From a virus, in the IMG/VR virus record IMGVR_UViG_3300030329_003201, positions 9,014 through 73,013 of that record: a stretch of 64,000 nt of DNA. One strand, written 5' to 3'. The notes beneath the pieces were generated by a model. That model was not told the origin of the DNA, made no database searches, and worked only from the letters and a program-made list of their open reading frames with translations. The translations under genes and the position numbers were made by a program. Shown here piece by piece: positions 46,926 to 56,936 of this stretch; within the stretch, counting starts at the first letter, position 1, and each line of letters opens with the position of its first letter.

Positions 46926-49277
46926 TTACCCCACAGCGCCTGCTTGACCAAGAAGCTCTTGTAGGAACTGAACCTGTTGTTCAGGCGGATAGTTCAAAGC
47001 CTCTTGAACAAGTTGAATAATCTCTGGTGGTGCGCCCATCTCCATTAGTGCAGCCAGAATCGTCTCAAGCGCCTGCTGGGGCGGCAACGATAGGATCTGT
47101 TGCGCCAGTTCGGGCGAAATAGGTAAAGCCGGGAGAGCGCCCCCTGGACCCGGTGGTGGTCCTGCGGCAGTGGGAGGGGCCATAGGAGCCATAGCCTGGG
47201 AGGCTGGCGGTGGGGCCGGAGGAGGCGGCCCTCCCGGTGGCGGTCCTCCCTGAACCGGCATCCCAGGGGGCATTGCTGCCTCTTCTGGCATCATGCCGGG
47301 GGGCGGCCCACCTGGAGGCATTGCTTGTTCTTGCGGCGAAGGAGGCTGTCCTTCACCTTCCGCTTTCGCGGCCTCAGCTTCTTCCGCCTCGGATTCAAGC
47401 GCCGCCTCAAGTGCATCTGGATGCATATCCCCTGGCAAATCAAACTTCTCTACAAGCGCTACCATTTGTGCGCGAGCAAGCTTTGCGCTGGGGCCACCCT
47501 TGGATACGATCTCCCAAAGCATTTGCAGTGGCTCCAGAAGAGTAATCATTGCCTGGCGTACCGCTGATTCTGAGAACGGGGTGCGCCGTGAATCAACTAC
47601 TTCGACAGCGAAATCACCGTCGAGATCTTCAATCGTAATTTCGAGAATTTCCAGACCGTCTTTGATTCGTACAAGGTCAGGTTGAATGGACGCTTTGACC
47701 TCGACTTCAGCGACTGCGCCAACAACCTCTCCGCCTTGCTCTTCAACTTCCTCTTCAACTTCCTCGATAACTTCTTCCGCATCCTCAACGGCCTCGTCCG
47801 CAACCTTCTCCATCTCATCCATGGCTTGTTGAGGCGCAAGCTCCTCATCTTTTCCATTGAGGACTTGGTTTTGCTCTTCAATCCCACCGCCTGCATCGGG
47901 TGCTTCCATGGCGGCAATCAGAGCGCGGTAAAACATACGGACAAGCTGTGCAATCCAGCCGTCCTTGATCATCGCATGGCGACCAAACTCGCTTTCGGTG
48001 TAGTCACGAAGGTTCATTACCTCCGTTGCTGTTGCCTGAGTGACGGCACCATAGGCATTTGGGCTGGTTCCAGACGCACGTTGTAGGTCCGCATCAGCCA
48101 AAGCCTCGTAGTTATCGATGTTTTGGGAGATCGGATTGCTCCGAATGGGAACCATGATGTCATTTAGGCTCCGACCCTGAAGCCTTGTCTCCTCTACAGG
48201 GATCACAAGGCCGTCTACACCGGCTGTAATCTGTGACATTTGGTCTGCTGTGAGCACACCATCAAGGCAAACGTACTGTCGGGAGTCTCTACGGGCGGCA
48301 TTTGCACGGAAACTTCTAAAAATATTGATCTCAGAGATCTGAGGATAGACGCGAGACGCCTGACTTACTCCCCTAAGTGGGTATTCTGGCTCTTCATTGA
48401 AGATAAGAGGCGCAATGTGGGGGATTGGATCGCCATCTCTGGACGAAAAAGGCATGGGACCAATCCAAACTGGGTCCTCATACTCCTTTCCTTGGTCCAA
48501 AAGGTACACTTCCATGCGCCCACGCATCTCTCCGTTCGGTCCTTGGAAGCTATCAACAAAGTTACAAAGCTCTAAGACCCGAACAAAGGCCGATTCATCC
48601 CCATGAGAGCCCTTTTTTTGGCCATTTTTCTTGTCTTTTCGGGGGTTTTTGTGCAGTAAAGAGTCGCTTCCATCAAGAAAATCTTCTCTCGGAGAGCCCT
48701 TTAGCTCCCGTAAACCGTACTGTTCTTCCACTTCTTCGACAGGACGATAGTAAATATGACCAATAAATCGGGCATCTTCCTCGTCATACACGTCGCAATC
48801 AAGCAAAAGCTCCCACCAAGGGATAACTCTGAACCAAACCCGGTCAATCGGGTCTACAGCGGTGTCGTCTACACCTAATTTTACACCTGCACCAGGGTAA
48901 ATAAGGGCCTGTCGGATGGCTTTAAGCACCCTCAAGTGGGTTCGATTCTGCAAAAGCCACTTGTTCGCGACCAATTCAGCCTTTCTTGGGTCGCCACCAA
49001 GGGTCGGACCAGGCCCTACAACCACCCGAGACGCCTTTGGATACAAGGCCGAAACGTAACTTTCGATGATTCCGTAAAGACGATTGACTTCAATCTGAAT
49101 CTGAGCGGGAGATTCTTGTACAGAATGGTAGCTTTGAGTCTGATGTGCCTTCCAAAAGCGCGTCAGATAGGCGGCTTTATAGACTTGCCAGTCCCTGCGC
49201 TCGTCACGCATGCGTCCATCATGAGCATCTATCTGCTCACGAATAAACTTTGGGTCTAGGATGTCGTTTTCAGCCAT
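46926..49277 (-). CDS. Portal protein with acidic insertion and Pro-rich tail
   Basis: 783 aa in the head module; QATATEV motif typical of podovirus portals. Confidence 0.85.
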   Translation of the reverse strand: MAENDILDPKFIREQIDAHDGRMRDERRDWQVYKAAYLTRFWKAHQTQSYHSVQESPAQIQIEVNRLYGIIESYVSALYPKASRVVVGPGPTLGGDPRKAELVANKWLLQNRTHLRVLKAIRQALIYPGAGVKLGVDDTAVDPIDRVWFRVIPWWELLLDCDVYDEEDARFIGHIYYRPVEEVEEQYGLRELKGSPREDFLDGSDSLLHKNPRKDKKNGQKKGSHGDESAFVRVLELCNFVDSFQGPNGEMRGRMEVYLLDQGKEYEDPVWIGPMPFSSRDGDPIPHIAPLIFNEEPEYPLRGVSQASRVYPQISEINIFRSFRANAARRDSRQYVCLDGVLTADQMSQITAGVDGLVIPVEETRLQGRSLNDIMVPIRSNPISQNIDNYEALADADLQRASGTSPNAYGAVTQATATEVMNLRDYTESEFGRHAMIKDGWIAQLVRMFYRALIAAMEAPDAGGGIEEQNQVLNGKDEELAPQQAMDEMEKVADEAVEDAEEVIEEVEEEVEEQGGEVVGAVAEVEVKASIQPDLVRIKDGLEILEITIEDLDGDFAVEVVDSRRTPFSESAVRQAMITLLEPLQMLWEIVSKGGPSAKLARAQMVALVEKFDLPGDMHPDALEAALESEAEEAEAAKAEGEGQPPSPQEQAMPPGGPPPGMMPEEAAMPPGMPVQGGPPPGGPPPPAPPPASQAMAPMAPPTAAGPPPGPGGALPALPISPELAQQILSLPPQQALETILAALMEMGAPPEIIQLVQEALNYPPEQQVQFLQELLGQAGAVG

Positions 49278-49606
49278 TACGAAATAGGCCTCTCAGCGTA
49301 AGGATTATGTCCGGGCATATTAGCGGCTAACATGTCTAAGTCACTTCCCGCACCTTCAATACGAAGAGACTCTTGTTGTCGGCGCTGAACTTCGGCATCC
49401 ATTCGCTTTTTACGTTTCTTCTCACGCATGGCCTGCACTACGCCGACTACTTCACCTACGACCTCTGCTCCTAACTGAGCTTTCTTTGTAAGCGCCGCTT
49501 GTTGCTTGGCCTCGTGGGCCGCTGTCAACTCGGGCAGCTTCCCGCTTTTTTCTACCATTGTTCCCGCTTGCATTGCAGCGGTTGACATGCCAGGCACTAC
49601 AGCCAT
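49277..49606 (-). CDS. Hypothetical protein
   Basis: Stop overlaps the portal start. Confidence 0.65.
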   Translation of the reverse strand: MAVVPGMSTAAMQAGTMVEKSGKLPELTAAHEAKQQAALTKKAQLGAEVVGEVVGVVQAMREKKRKKRMDAEVQRRQQESLRIEGAGSDLDMLAANMPGHNPYAERPIS

Positions 49607-49614
49607 TTTTCCCC

Positions 49615-50034
49615 CTAAAGTCTTTCGAAGAGGAGATCTTCATCCGACATAGTATCAAGACCAGGCTTTTCTACAACAGGTTCTGGTTCTTGAACTTTCT
49701 CTTCTTTCTTTTCAGGTTCCACTCGAACGGGCTCAGGCGGCGCTTCTTCTTCTGTATACGGACGAAACAACGCGCTTTCTTGCCGACCAAATTTAGTTCT
49801 TCCTTTTAAAGGATCGAAATCATCGTCATAATCTCGAAGGCGCATTGTTCTAAGTTGCGCCGGACTAAACCTTGGCCGACCCCGAAGCTCCTTAGGCAAG
49901 TTCATCTCCCTCTCAATAGCGGCTTCAGGAGTCACCGCTGCTTCGGAAATAGCCATAGAGATGGATTCAGCGGGACTAAATCCATCTTTACGAGCGTACT
50001 TATTAATCTTTGAGAGGATGAAGGATTCAGACAT
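49615..50034 (-). CDS. Hypothetical protein (candidate head cargo)
   Basis: Ends MSDEDLLFERL. Confidence 0.65.
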   Translation of the reverse strand: MSESFILSKINKYARKDGFSPAESISMAISEAAVTPEAAIEREMNLPKELRGRPRFSPAQLRTMRLRDYDDDFDPLKGRTKFGRQESALFRPYTEEEAPPEPVRVEPEKKEEKVQEPEPVVEKPGLDTMSDEDLLFERL

Positions 50035-50045
50035 TTATCGGTGCT

Positions 50046-50831
50046 TCACCGAATGGTTTGTGCGGGTTGAGGCGGAGGTAGCATGCCGGTTGCGGGGTCG
50101 ATTCGGCTAAGCTGGCGCTGGATTTGCGCGTCAGACCACCCGTTTTCACGCAAATGGTTTTCCATCATGGTGCGGTACATGGTGCGCTCTTGTTCATTAA
50201 GCGCCTGACCTGCCTGCCACTTGTTGTGAAGGCTCTCAACCCTGCGATTATATTCTGCTATGGCTTCAGGGTGGTCTGACGCAGAGAACGTTACGGGCTC
50301 TTCTATGCGAACCTCTCCTGGCTTCATCCCTAGTTGTTCTGCGTACTGACCTTCGGGATAGATCGACACCATATCTTCAGGTGTTGCCTCGCCTTTAATC
50401 TGCTCGTCTGCGGCAAAAATCATTGGACGATGTCTTACCGTGGCGCTGGTAGGACCAGGCATGCTTTGCTGAAGCACCTCTGTTGGCTCTTCTGCTCGCC
50501 TAAAATTGAACTCCAGAGGCTCCATGTACTCCCATTTTGTGGGAGGGATTGGCTGCATCTTGCGAATAACCCTTGTTGGGGCTGCAACGTAGGGGTGTTC
50601 TGCGGGAGTTGAGTATCCGCCTACGGCTCCAGGGTAAGCTTCGACGTAATTTTGCTGTTCCCAAGGGAGGATGACATCCCCGGTCGCCCCTGCTTGTCGC
50701 ATGGCTCGGCCTTCAGGAGATTCCGAATATTGGACCTGAGGGGGATTACGGCCAGCGGCATTGGCAAGTTCTTGCTGCTGTTGCATACGCAGTTGGGTCG
50801 GTGTCAGGAACGGGTTTGGTTTATCAGCCAT
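50046..50831 (-). CDS. Hypothetical Pro/Gln-rich protein
   Basis: GGAG RBS; 261 aa. Confidence 0.7.
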   Translation of the reverse strand: MADKPNPFLTPTQLRMQQQQELANAAGRNPPQVQYSESPEGRAMRQAGATGDVILPWEQQNYVEAYPGAVGGYSTPAEHPYVAAPTRVIRKMQPIPPTKWEYMEPLEFNFRRAEEPTEVLQQSMPGPTSATVRHRPMIFAADEQIKGEATPEDMVSIYPEGQYAEQLGMKPGEVRIEEPVTFSASDHPEAIAEYNRRVESLHNKWQAGQALNEQERTMYRTMMENHLRENGWSDAQIQRQLSRIDPATGMLPPPQPAQTIR

Positions 50832-50899
50832 GAGTTCTCCAAAAAAACGGTAGCAAGGTAAGGTGACAGTATCACATTCTTATGTGGTAATCCCTTACC

Positions 50900-51337
50900 T
50901 TATGGCAATCTGCTAAGAATTAAGTCTTCATCATCTTCCGGTAGCTCTTCAGCTAAAGCCGGTGCTGTCTCTGGGGGCTTCCTGGGTCGGGGCGGCAAAA
51001 AAGATTGAAATGGATCTCTCTTAGGCTCTTCCTCTTCTGGGGGAAGGGCGATCATCTCGTCTTCTTCTTCTTCAATCTTGGCTACTTCTTCCTCGCGATC
51101 ACCGGGCCAGTTGATTTTAGTAAGAAGGTCCAACATGACTTGGTTCATGCGCTCGTCTTCTGGGCTAAGCTTTCGCTTCTCCATGGTGTCATACGGCTGG
51201 CGCAAAGCTGCAAGATACCCTTGCTCTTCCCTGTTCAGTCCACCAATCGGGATTCTTGCGGGCGGGACACCTACAACGTCCTCGTCTCCCTCCCTTCTTC
51301 CTCTTCGCACTCCCTCTGTGATCATAGGATCTGCCAT
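50900..51337 (-). CDS. Hypothetical acidic protein (candidate head cargo)
   Basis: Start MADPMIT behind GGAG; ends DDEDLILSRLP. Confidence 0.65.
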   Translation of the reverse strand: MADPMITEGVRRGRREGDEDVVGVPPARIPIGGLNREEQGYLAALRQPYDTMEKRKLSPEDERMNQVMLDLLTKINWPGDREEEVAKIEEEEDEMIALPPEEEEPKRDPFQSFLPPRPRKPPETAPALAEELPEDDEDLILSRLP

Positions 51338-51338
51338 A

Positions 51339-52376
51339 TCATTCTCCCGGTGGCTTATTGATTCGGATGTGTAGGCCCTCAATGGTTGGCTTCTCTAACC
51401 TTTCACCCAGAAGCAGTTCGTCATCAGTAATGCCGTAGTTCTCTTGCTCGTTACCCCAGTATTCAAGGAACTGACCGGCATCAAGAAAGCCATGCTGCTG
51501 CAAGAAGCCTTCTTCTTCGAGTTCGGGTGGGATAGGAAGAAGTTCGTTTGGTGGGACAGTCTCTCCCTGAGGAGTTTCCTCTTCGAAGCTCGATTCGAGA
51601 CGCCTGAGATTCCTCATCCGAGGAAAAAGCAACCCCACTCGTTCTGACTCAAGTTCTCTGTCGAAGCGTTCAGGATCATCAAGTCCGTCGTAAGGGGCCT
51701 CTACTGATGGATCATAAAACTGGACATTGCCCATGCTTCCCACAATAGACTCAATAGCAACAGGGTCTGGCTCGTACCCCTCTTCGTCCGAAAGAAGCAT
51801 CTCTCTTGACATCCTGACGTACCAGTCGTCAGGCATTCCTTGGACTTGTTGCCTCAGCAAAGCGTTGTAGGCATCAAGCGTTTCACTCTGTCTTTGCGCT
51901 CTCCGTACCCGCTTATGAGCGCCAAGTATTGGCCAATCCTCGCCAATCCAAGGAGCCTCAAGAAGGTGCTGGGCTCCTTTAAATCCAGCATATCCAGCCA
52001 ACCCTACGGCCTCAGCCGATCCGGGTGCCCTTAATCTTGAAACGTTTCTCCAAGGGCCAAACCCTGTTGGCCCTCTTGGGCCTCGTGGAGATTGCCCAAT
52101 TTTGTACCCTCTCTTAAGATCTCGCATCATCTGCTTGAACTCTTGGGGGTTCATTTGAGCACCGCGAGCCATGTTCGTCATTCGTTGATGCATTTGACGA
52201 GTCATGTGGGTTCTTCCAGGTGGTGGTTTCCTCATGCTTCGAGCGAGTTCTTGTGACAACCGATCAAGCCTTGCTCGGTTCTCTGGGCTGTTTACTGGCT
52301 TACCGGCACGCATCGATTCTCTTGCAATCTGACGTGCCTCTTTGTTAAATATTTCAGTAGCTTCGTTTAGAGTCAC
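51339..52376 (-). CDS. Hypothetical protein (basic N-half, acidic C-half)
   Basis: 345-aa ORF; AGGAG upstream. Confidence 0.7.
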   Translation of the reverse strand: MTLNEATEIFNKEARQIARESMRAGKPVNSPENRARLDRLSQELARSMRKPPPGRTHMTRQMHQRMTNMARGAQMNPQEFKQMMRDLKRGYKIGQSPRGPRGPTGFGPWRNVSRLRAPGSAEAVGLAGYAGFKGAQHLLEAPWIGEDWPILGAHKRVRRAQRQSETLDAYNALLRQQVQGMPDDWYVRMSREMLLSDEEGYEPDPVAIESIVGSMGNVQFYDPSVEAPYDGLDDPERFDRELESERVGLLFPRMRNLRRLESSFEEETPQGETVPPNELLPIPPELEEEGFLQQHGFLDAGQFLEYWGNEQENYGITDDELLLGERLEKPTIEGLHIRINKPPGE

Positions 52377-52388
52377 TGGATCAGTCTC

Positions 52389-52781
52389 CTATTTTTTCCA
52401 ATCTTGGGACCAATACGGGGTTCCAAAAAGAAATCCACCCGGAATACCAGGAAGTGAGGTTCTCTTTCTTGTATCCCAGGTTGAGGCATGGCTTACGTTG
52501 ACCGGATCAATCCCGGTTCCATGTTGTTGTCTACGGGACTGAACGTGCAGTTTCCCTTGGAAGTTTGGATTGTTAGGGTCGGTTTGCCAACCAACTAGTT
52601 GAGTTTGCGCGTAGTTCTCGCCCTGTTGACCCAACTGGCTGCGGTCTTGAGTATGGATTGCTTTAGTTCTCCATCCTCCACCGCTTTGGTCGTAGGCTTC
52701 TCCCATTCTGTGCCTTAAAAGTTCTTCGTCGGACATTTCATCGAGTATTTGCTCGTGAGTTTTTCTAATAGGGTCTGCCAT
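52389..52781 (-). CDS. Hypothetical protein
   Basis: Start MADPIRK behind AAGGAG. Confidence 0.65.
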   Translation of the reverse strand: MADPIRKTHEQILDEMSDEELLRHRMGEAYDQSGGGWRTKAIHTQDRSQLGQQGENYAQTQLVGWQTDPNNPNFQGKLHVQSRRQQHGTGIDPVNVSHASTWDTRKRTSLPGIPGGFLFGTPYWSQDWKK

Positions 52782-52810
52782 CACGGCTCCTTCCGTTACG
52801 AAAGAAACTA

Positions 52811-54352
52811 TCACATACCGAATGGATGCGGGATAGCCTTTCTCTTCCTCTTGAAGGGGAATGCTCGGCCCATCAGGGGCTCGGGAAGGGTCTTCATGTT
52901 CCACGCAGCAAGGGCTAGAGCATCGCAGAGATCGTCATGATACCCATCTCGACCCTCTACTTTCCCGTCTTCCTCTCGTACATGCATCATTTCTTGCACT
53001 GTCGGAAGGTCGGTGAGCGTCAAGGAGTCTCCATCAACTAAGTACCGCAAGTGAGAATACACCTGGGCCTTTCTTCCAAGCCCATTTCTTCCGCCAGTCA
53101 TCTTAAAATGATCGCCATTTGCAGGGTTGTACCAAAGCGGAACGCCCATTTCACGCAATCTGTGGATCACTACAGGGCCACCACCGCCTGTGTTCCACTC
53201 ACAAAGCACTCTCGCACCGTTGTAACGGAACGCCAACTCAGCAACACGGATGGCAAAGTCCTCAGGCGACCTCTTGTTCGTAGTAAAAACAGCCACCTGT
53301 TCGCCATCTCTACTCAAAACCTGGGCAACAGAGTAGTCATTGCCTGTTCCCCAACTGGGATCAACACCCACACCGTAGGCCATACCAGCCTCGGGCTGTT
53401 TGAAGATACGCAACTCCTTCGACATGTCAGGAGGACGAAGCGTTGCAATCACCTCGTTGAGGTACATCTGGTCAAACCATGACCCAGTGACCTCCATGAA
53501 GCCTTCTTCAACTGTCAGAGGGTACTCTCGGCGGAACCTTGCCTCACCAATACCGTCAGCACCGTTGATCTTCTGGTGTCTCCAATACAGTTGATTGATG
53601 TCTAAGTCGAAAAGCTCCTTCAAATCCCACTCTTCTTGAGTCGGTTCCCACTTTGGAGGCGCTTGTAGGCGATATGCCCGATGATCAGACCAACGGAAAA
53701 ACCGGAACACTGCACTCGGGTCGCGCTGGGCATCCAAAACTTTGCGGTGAAATAGATTGCCAGGACCATTCGGAGTGCTCGTCACGAAGATTTGCTTGTG
53801 TGGACCATCGTGCAAAGTAGATGTGACGGACGCCCAAACAGCTTCATCATTAGGCCAATAAGCAACCTCATCAGCATGAAGACGCTGGAAGGTAAACGAA
53901 CGACCATGACCACGACCACCAGCGGTTAGGCACCGGAAAACCACTCCAGTATCGGAGAACTCCATCTCTTTACGGTTGGATCGAGCCAAGGGACGTTGCA
54001 AAACAGTAGGGAGGCTGTCGTGGAAGTACTTCAGCCTCTTGAAGATCGAGTCCGTTGCATCAACGTCGTTGGCTACAATCAGAGTTCGGACTGGATCCAG
54101 GCACCAATACCCATAGGTAAAGTTCCATGCACAACCTACAGTGGTGTCTCCAATCTGACGTGGCTTGCAATGCACAATGGATTTCGCACCTACAAGGAAA
54201 TCATGCAAAGCAATACGCTGCTCGTCGTAAGGCTTGTCAAAGAAACGCTCGATGCCTTTCTCATCAATGATCTTCAGACGACTAATGAACTCAACAGGAT
54301 CCTTGCCTAAGTTCATCAACCGCTGAACTACGGCATCTGATACACCACTCAC
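52811..54352 (-). CDS. terL: Terminase large subunit
   Basis: KPRQIGDTT (Walker A), LHADEVAYW (Walker B), STPNG, GVDPS, HDDLCDA. Confidence 0.95.
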   Translation of the reverse strand: MSGVSDAVVQRLMNLGKDPVEFISRLKIIDEKGIERFFDKPYDEQRIALHDFLVGAKSIVHCKPRQIGDTTVGCAWNFTYGYWCLDPVRTLIVANDVDATDSIFKRLKYFHDSLPTVLQRPLARSNRKEMEFSDTGVVFRCLTAGGRGHGRSFTFQRLHADEVAYWPNDEAVWASVTSTLHDGPHKQIFVTSTPNGPGNLFHRKVLDAQRDPSAVFRFFRWSDHRAYRLQAPPKWEPTQEEWDLKELFDLDINQLYWRHQKINGADGIGEARFRREYPLTVEEGFMEVTGSWFDQMYLNEVIATLRPPDMSKELRIFKQPEAGMAYGVGVDPSWGTGNDYSVAQVLSRDGEQVAVFTTNKRSPEDFAIRVAELAFRYNGARVLCEWNTGGGGPVVIHRLREMGVPLWYNPANGDHFKMTGGRNGLGRKAQVYSHLRYLVDGDSLTLTDLPTVQEMMHVREEDGKVEGRDGYHDDLCDALALAAWNMKTLPEPLMGRAFPFKRKRKAIPHPFGM

Positions 54353-54900
54353 TTACCACCACGCCAAGCAATCGCGCCTGTGTTTACCTGAAGCCACTCA
54401 ACAACAGCCGTCTTGCGGTCATCTTCATCCTTACCGCCAACCTTGCCTGTGATCTTAGAGTACAAATCCAGCGCCTTGGAATCACCATCGCGCATCATCT
54501 CACGCAGCGTGTCCCAAAACACCACGTCTAAACCATCAATGTCTTCTTTGGTCATCTGACGAGGAAGAGGGAACCCATCGTAGAACCAGGAGATAAAGCC
54601 CGATTGGTTCGACCATTCGCGCCATTCCTTCATGCTTACCTGCGGACCAGAGAACACATCACTACTACGAGAACCACGGAGCCAATCTCGGACATAACCA
54701 AGGCCCTTTTCATCCATCTCAATGGCCATCTCTTGGAATGCAACCTGTCTTTCTGTTGGATCAAAATGAAGAGCCTCCTGTTCAAACGGACTTAGCGCAG
54801 TGTGCTGAACAGCAGGCAACTGGCTCGCTTCTTCTGCTTCATTACGCATCAACGACATCAAAGGATCTGTTAGAGTCGTCGGCTCTTTTGGAGTGTCCAT
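54349..54900 (-). CDS. Putative terminase small subunit
   Basis: Immediately upstream of terL; GDSKALDLYSKITG helix motif. Confidence 0.6.
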   Translation of the reverse strand: MDTPKEPTTLTDPLMSLMRNEAEEASQLPAVQHTALSPFEQEALHFDPTERQVAFQEMAIEMDEKGLGYVRDWLRGSRSSDVFSGPQVSMKEWREWSNQSGFISWFYDGFPLPRQMTKEDIDGLDVVFWDTLREMMRDGDSKALDLYSKITGKVGGKDEDDRKTAVVEWLQVNTGAIAWRGGK

Positions 54901-55002
54901 GATTCCAAACTACCGCAAATGTCTCGATTTGTCACTGGTCGGGCTCAAATCTTGCGCTCCAACCTGAAGCCGATAGGCTGGTTCGGTCACAAAGGAGACA
55001 TC

Positions 55003-55410
55003 ATGGTAAACAAAGTATTGCTCATTGGAAACCTGGGTGCAGACCCAGAGATGATCGAAACCAAATCAGGCAACCAAGTCTGCAAACTGCGCCTTGCAAC
55101 TACCGATAGGCGGAAAGACAAGGACACTGGTGATTGGGCTGACCACACCGAATGGCATAACGTCGTGTGTTTCGGGAAGACCGCAAACAATGTCGGCAAG
55201 TATTGTCACAAGGGAAAGCAGATCTACGTCGAAGGACGGATGCAAACGCGCAAGTGGCAAGACAAGGATGGCAACAATCGGTACACCACAGAGGTTATTG
55301 GAGACAACATCCGATTCCTCAAGGGTGGGAACGAACAACAGCAGCCTCGTCGCCAACAGTCACGCCAAGACAATAGGGGCGGCCAAGATGAAATGGACCT
55401 GCTGTACTAA
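55003..55410 (+). CDS. ssb: Single-stranded DNA-binding protein
   Basis: VNKVLLIGNLGADPE, TEWHNVV, IYVEGRMQTRKW, YTTEV; AAGGAG RBS. Confidence 0.97.
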   Translation: MVNKVLLIGNLGADPEMIETKSGNQVCKLRLATTDRRKDKDTGDWADHTEWHNVVCFGKTANNVGKYCHKGKQIYVEGRMQTRKWQDKDGNNRYTTEVIGDNIRFLKGGNEQQQPRRQQSRQDNRGGQDEMDLLY

Positions 55411-55452
55411 ACAGGCTTGTCAGGATTCTCTAGACAGGACATTATCAGCTTG

Positions 55453-55671
55453 ATGGAAAACAAAAACCTCAAGCTGCCAGATCGCTACTTCTTCCAAATC
55501 CTTGCTGTCGGGTACGGCGAGGATGAGGACGAAGCCTTAGCCTACGTTTTTAACAAAATCGCCAAAGGCGAAGAACAAGATGTCCTTGAGCCAGAAGTCA
55601 TCTGGGAGAAGGACGACGACGAGGATGATCCAGAGGCATTCATCTGGACCAAAGAAGTCGGAGACAGTTGA
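55453..55671 (+). CDS. Small acidic hypothetical protein
   Basis: D/E-rich ORF after ssb. Confidence 0.6.
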   Translation: MENKNLKLPDRYFFQILAVGYGEDEDEALAYVFNKIAKGEEQDVLEPEVIWEKDDDEDDPEAFIWTKEVGDS

Positions 55672-55678
55672 GGTACAC

Positions 55679-55900
55679 ATGAAAGTGAAAGACGGTGAAG
55701 CGCTGCTTGATTGCGGCTGGAAGATGGAGAAGAAGAAGGGGCACTACTACTTCTACGATGAAGAGGGCATCTTCGTTGCACGAGGACCAACCATTGCTGA
55801 GGCCATTATTGCTGTTGAGATGAACCTGAAGCTTAGGTTTATGGCTTGCTCTCAGCGAGTAGTAGAGAATGCACTGCCAGAAGGTGGCATCGAAGCGTAA
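55679..55900 (+). CDS. Hypothetical protein
   Basis: GAGG RBS; TAATG coupling to the next gene. Confidence 0.6.
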   Translation: MKVKDGEALLDCGWKMEKKKGHYYFYDEEGIFVARGPTIAEAIIAVEMNLKLRFMACSQRVVENALPEGGIEA

Positions 55901-56103
55901 TGCTTACGCAGTACATCCATATGGCAGCCCAAACAGTAGACTCGGACGATGAGGTCACGGACGATCTCATCGCTGAGCTACGCCAAAAGGCACTCAAAAC
56001 GGTCCAACACCGCACAAAAGTGTTCAAATCGGCCAGCGGAAGGGTGATTGTGCAGGTGAAAGTCTCAGAGGCACGCGATGAAGAGGAAGACGCTTGGGTT
56101 TAG
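55900..56103 (+). CDS. Hypothetical protein
   Basis: Coupled start MLTQYIH. Confidence 0.55.
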   Translation: MLTQYIHMAAQTVDSDDEVTDDLIAELRQKALKTVQHRTKVFKSASGRVIVQVKVSEARDEEEDAWV

Positions 56104-56914
56104 CTTCGTAGCAAGCCGCGTTAGGTCGGACAGACCTGCTGTTGACTGGGTAAGTGCGGACCATTACGGCCAAAACCAGGAACTCATCGACGATTTGGAG
56201 GCAAAAGCGCCTGGAATCCTGTGGGCACTGGGTGTTTGGCCGGATTTAGAGGTCGCAAAGCGCTGTGATGTGCCGATTTCGGACGTAACAAGGGCCAGAA
56301 GGGTCATTGGAGCGCCATCTATGACCGTTGAGCGCAACAAAGAGGTCGAAAGACGCATAGGACCACTGTGTGAGGTCCTTTTACGGGACGGATACGAGTA
56401 CGAATCGTTCCGATTGCGGCGTTGGGCGGCAGGATTGTTCCATCTGGGGAAGGATCGGACCCGAAAGTTCGGCAGACCGGGCGAAGCATGGTGGACAAAC
56501 GCTTCGTGCAGGACCAAATACCTGCGTGAAATGTCACCAATAGGCGCAAAGAACTGTTTTACTTGCCGATTCTGGAGAGGGGCACGAAATGACCGCGTTC
56601 GTCTTGCTCCATATTGCATGGCACCGAAGGGGATTCACCGTCTGATAGGAAGGAGATGGTTACACCAACGCAACGGGGACATGAATCAAACACCACGCGC
56701 TTCTGCTGTGAACTGTCCAGGCTGGACGGAACCAATTCCTGGTAGGACTCGCACTTTGACCCAGCATATTCACAGCGACACATCTGGATGGTGGGAAGCG
56801 TGGCTATCTCCTTTACATGTTGCACCATGGCCGTTGCATCCTGTTCGTGGCTGGAAGACAGTTAACACTGATGAGTGGTTAGAACTGATGGATGCGATGC
56901 GAGATAACCTCTAA
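56078..56914 (+). CDS. Putative DNA-binding protein (HTH-like plus Cys cluster)
   Basis: LGVWPDLEVAKRCDV...VTRARR and CFTCRFW...C...CPGW. Confidence 0.6.
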   Translation: MKRKTLGFSFVASRVRSDRPAVDWVSADHYGQNQELIDDLEAKAPGILWALGVWPDLEVAKRCDVPISDVTRARRVIGAPSMTVERNKEVERRIGPLCEVLLRDGYEYESFRLRRWAAGLFHLGKDRTRKFGRPGEAWWTNASCRTKYLREMSPIGAKNCFTCRFWRGARNDRVRLAPYCMAPKGIHRLIGRRWLHQRNGDMNQTPRASAVNCPGWTEPIPGRTRTLTQHIHSDTSGWWEAWLSPLHVAPWPLHPVRGWKTVNTDEWLELMDAMRDNL

Positions 56915-56936
56915 ATATCTGTAATATACACATATA

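Noticed and set aside
55068-55077. AGGCAACCAA inside ssb (similar partial copy at 4041-4050, minus strand)
   Set aside because: Partial match within coding sequence with no adjacent start codon; not counted as a start-associated motif
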